A stretch of 64,000 nt of DNA from Phoronis australis (Eukaryota; Animalia; Phoronida). The notes under the pieces were generated by a model. It was not told the DNA's origin. It saw only the letters and a program-made list of their open reading frames with translations, and ran no database searches. Positions 62,970 to 64,000 of the stretch are shown here, in pieces. The stretch's first letter is position 1. Each line of letters opens with the position of its first letter. A program made the translations under genes and the position numbers. Location of the stretch: NCBI GenBank assembly GCA_002633005.1, contig NMRA01000029.1:229707-293706 (forward strand). The letters are read 5' to 3'.

Positions 62970-63028
62970 TCAATCCCAGTCCTCGTCTTCATCGAATTCA
63001 TCATCATCTTCATCCTCGTCTTCGTCAT
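62970..63028 (-). CDS. Last coding exon of a WASP/N-WASP-like Arp2/3 activator (acidic A motif, DDEDEDEDDDEFDEDEDWD*)
   Basis: Minus-strand acceptor tgtgtttcag|AT in phase 1, then an acidic run with a penultimate Trp and TGA. WASP-family genes end with a short phase-1 exon encoding just this motif. Confidence 0.7.
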
Positions 63029-64000
63029 CTGAAACACAATGTGGTAAAAACTGCGATAGAAACACAACGCCTCTAGAGAGAATTAAAGTAAATAAATCAG
63101 TCACCAGTGCTGTAGTGGTTAAATTAGAGGTAAGCAGGAGCCCAAAGCCCACCGTATCACCTTGAGCACTGAACGTAACTTACGGTGCGTAGGCGTTATG
63201 TTCAAATGCCAATAGGTAGTTGGCTGCGCCTGGGCGCGCCTACGCCCCACTACAGCACGGATAGTTTTCTTTAAATCAATGAATGTCACTCGGGATACCT
63301 TCTCAAGGAAAAAATTCTATTCACTTTTGTCTCAGACGCAGAAACAAACTTCCTAGCAATGTTTACACTAAAATTAGTCCAACAATTCATAATGAATTCG
63401 GGGTCCCTTGCAAATTGCACTTCCGGTTCAAGTCAGAAATTTGGTCCTATGCTTCCGTGCAAATATCTCTGAATAAAATGCTTGCAAAGTTTTTGCTAGT
63501 ACACCACAGTTTGGCAATGACAAATCAAATCATCCCTTAGACTGACAAACTGACTTACATATTCATACTCTGCTGAAGTGAAATCAAATTGTATTATTTT
63601 TGAACATAGTCGTGGAGAGCACAACACAAAATTGTATCTCAAGTCATTTTTCATGAAACAAGTCCTTCGAATTGTTTTTGTGGCCAGATTTACTGAATTT
63701 GTAAACATGACCCAGAAGTAAACCTTCTCTAATTTAACAAAACGCAACGAAACGGAACAGACAATTTTAACATTAATCAAAAATAAACAGAAACAACACT
63801 GAACTTTAACTCAGTCATAATTGGTAAGTACACCAACTCATAGTGCATATTTTTCCAGTGGGCTAAACTTTTTGAAAGATTTAAATCTTGGCTATTATTT
63901 GGGTATGGAATTAGAGAAAGTCCATCTCGCCCAAACTTAGTGACTTCGACTTGATAATTACAGCATTACAGACCTTTAACAATGATTACTGACTTATGAC

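Overview
Intron-rich, AT-rich animal genomic DNA (an invertebrate appears most likely; the host cannot be fixed from sequence alone). It holds three protein-coding loci. (1) The 3' part of a DCAF1/VprBP gene (+, about 286-14891), covering the WD40 and acidic tail. It includes a U12-type GT-AG intron and a very large frame-preserving ~481-codon exon inserted in the acidic tail, carrying a candidate HCF-1-binding motif and an NLS. (2) A complete three-domain 'flagellar-type' creatine kinase gene (+, 20898-60125, about 1294 aa as modelled by hand). It has an MGC myristoyl/palmitoyl start, an RFX X-box-like promoter, and a 7-nt microexon that the reading frame requires. Small phase-2 symmetric exons build a modular N-terminal tether, one of them encoding poly-Pro plus a PxIxIT-like calcineurin-docking motif. 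(3) The last coding exon of a convergent WASP/N-WASP-like gene (-, 62970-63028). Introns contain several MITE-like elements, a tRNA-derived SINE, tandem repeats, long hairpins and one 730-bp duplication at an N that is probably an assembly artefact. Most short ORFs in the track are non-coding. All exon boundaries were read by eye and need RNA-seq confirmation.
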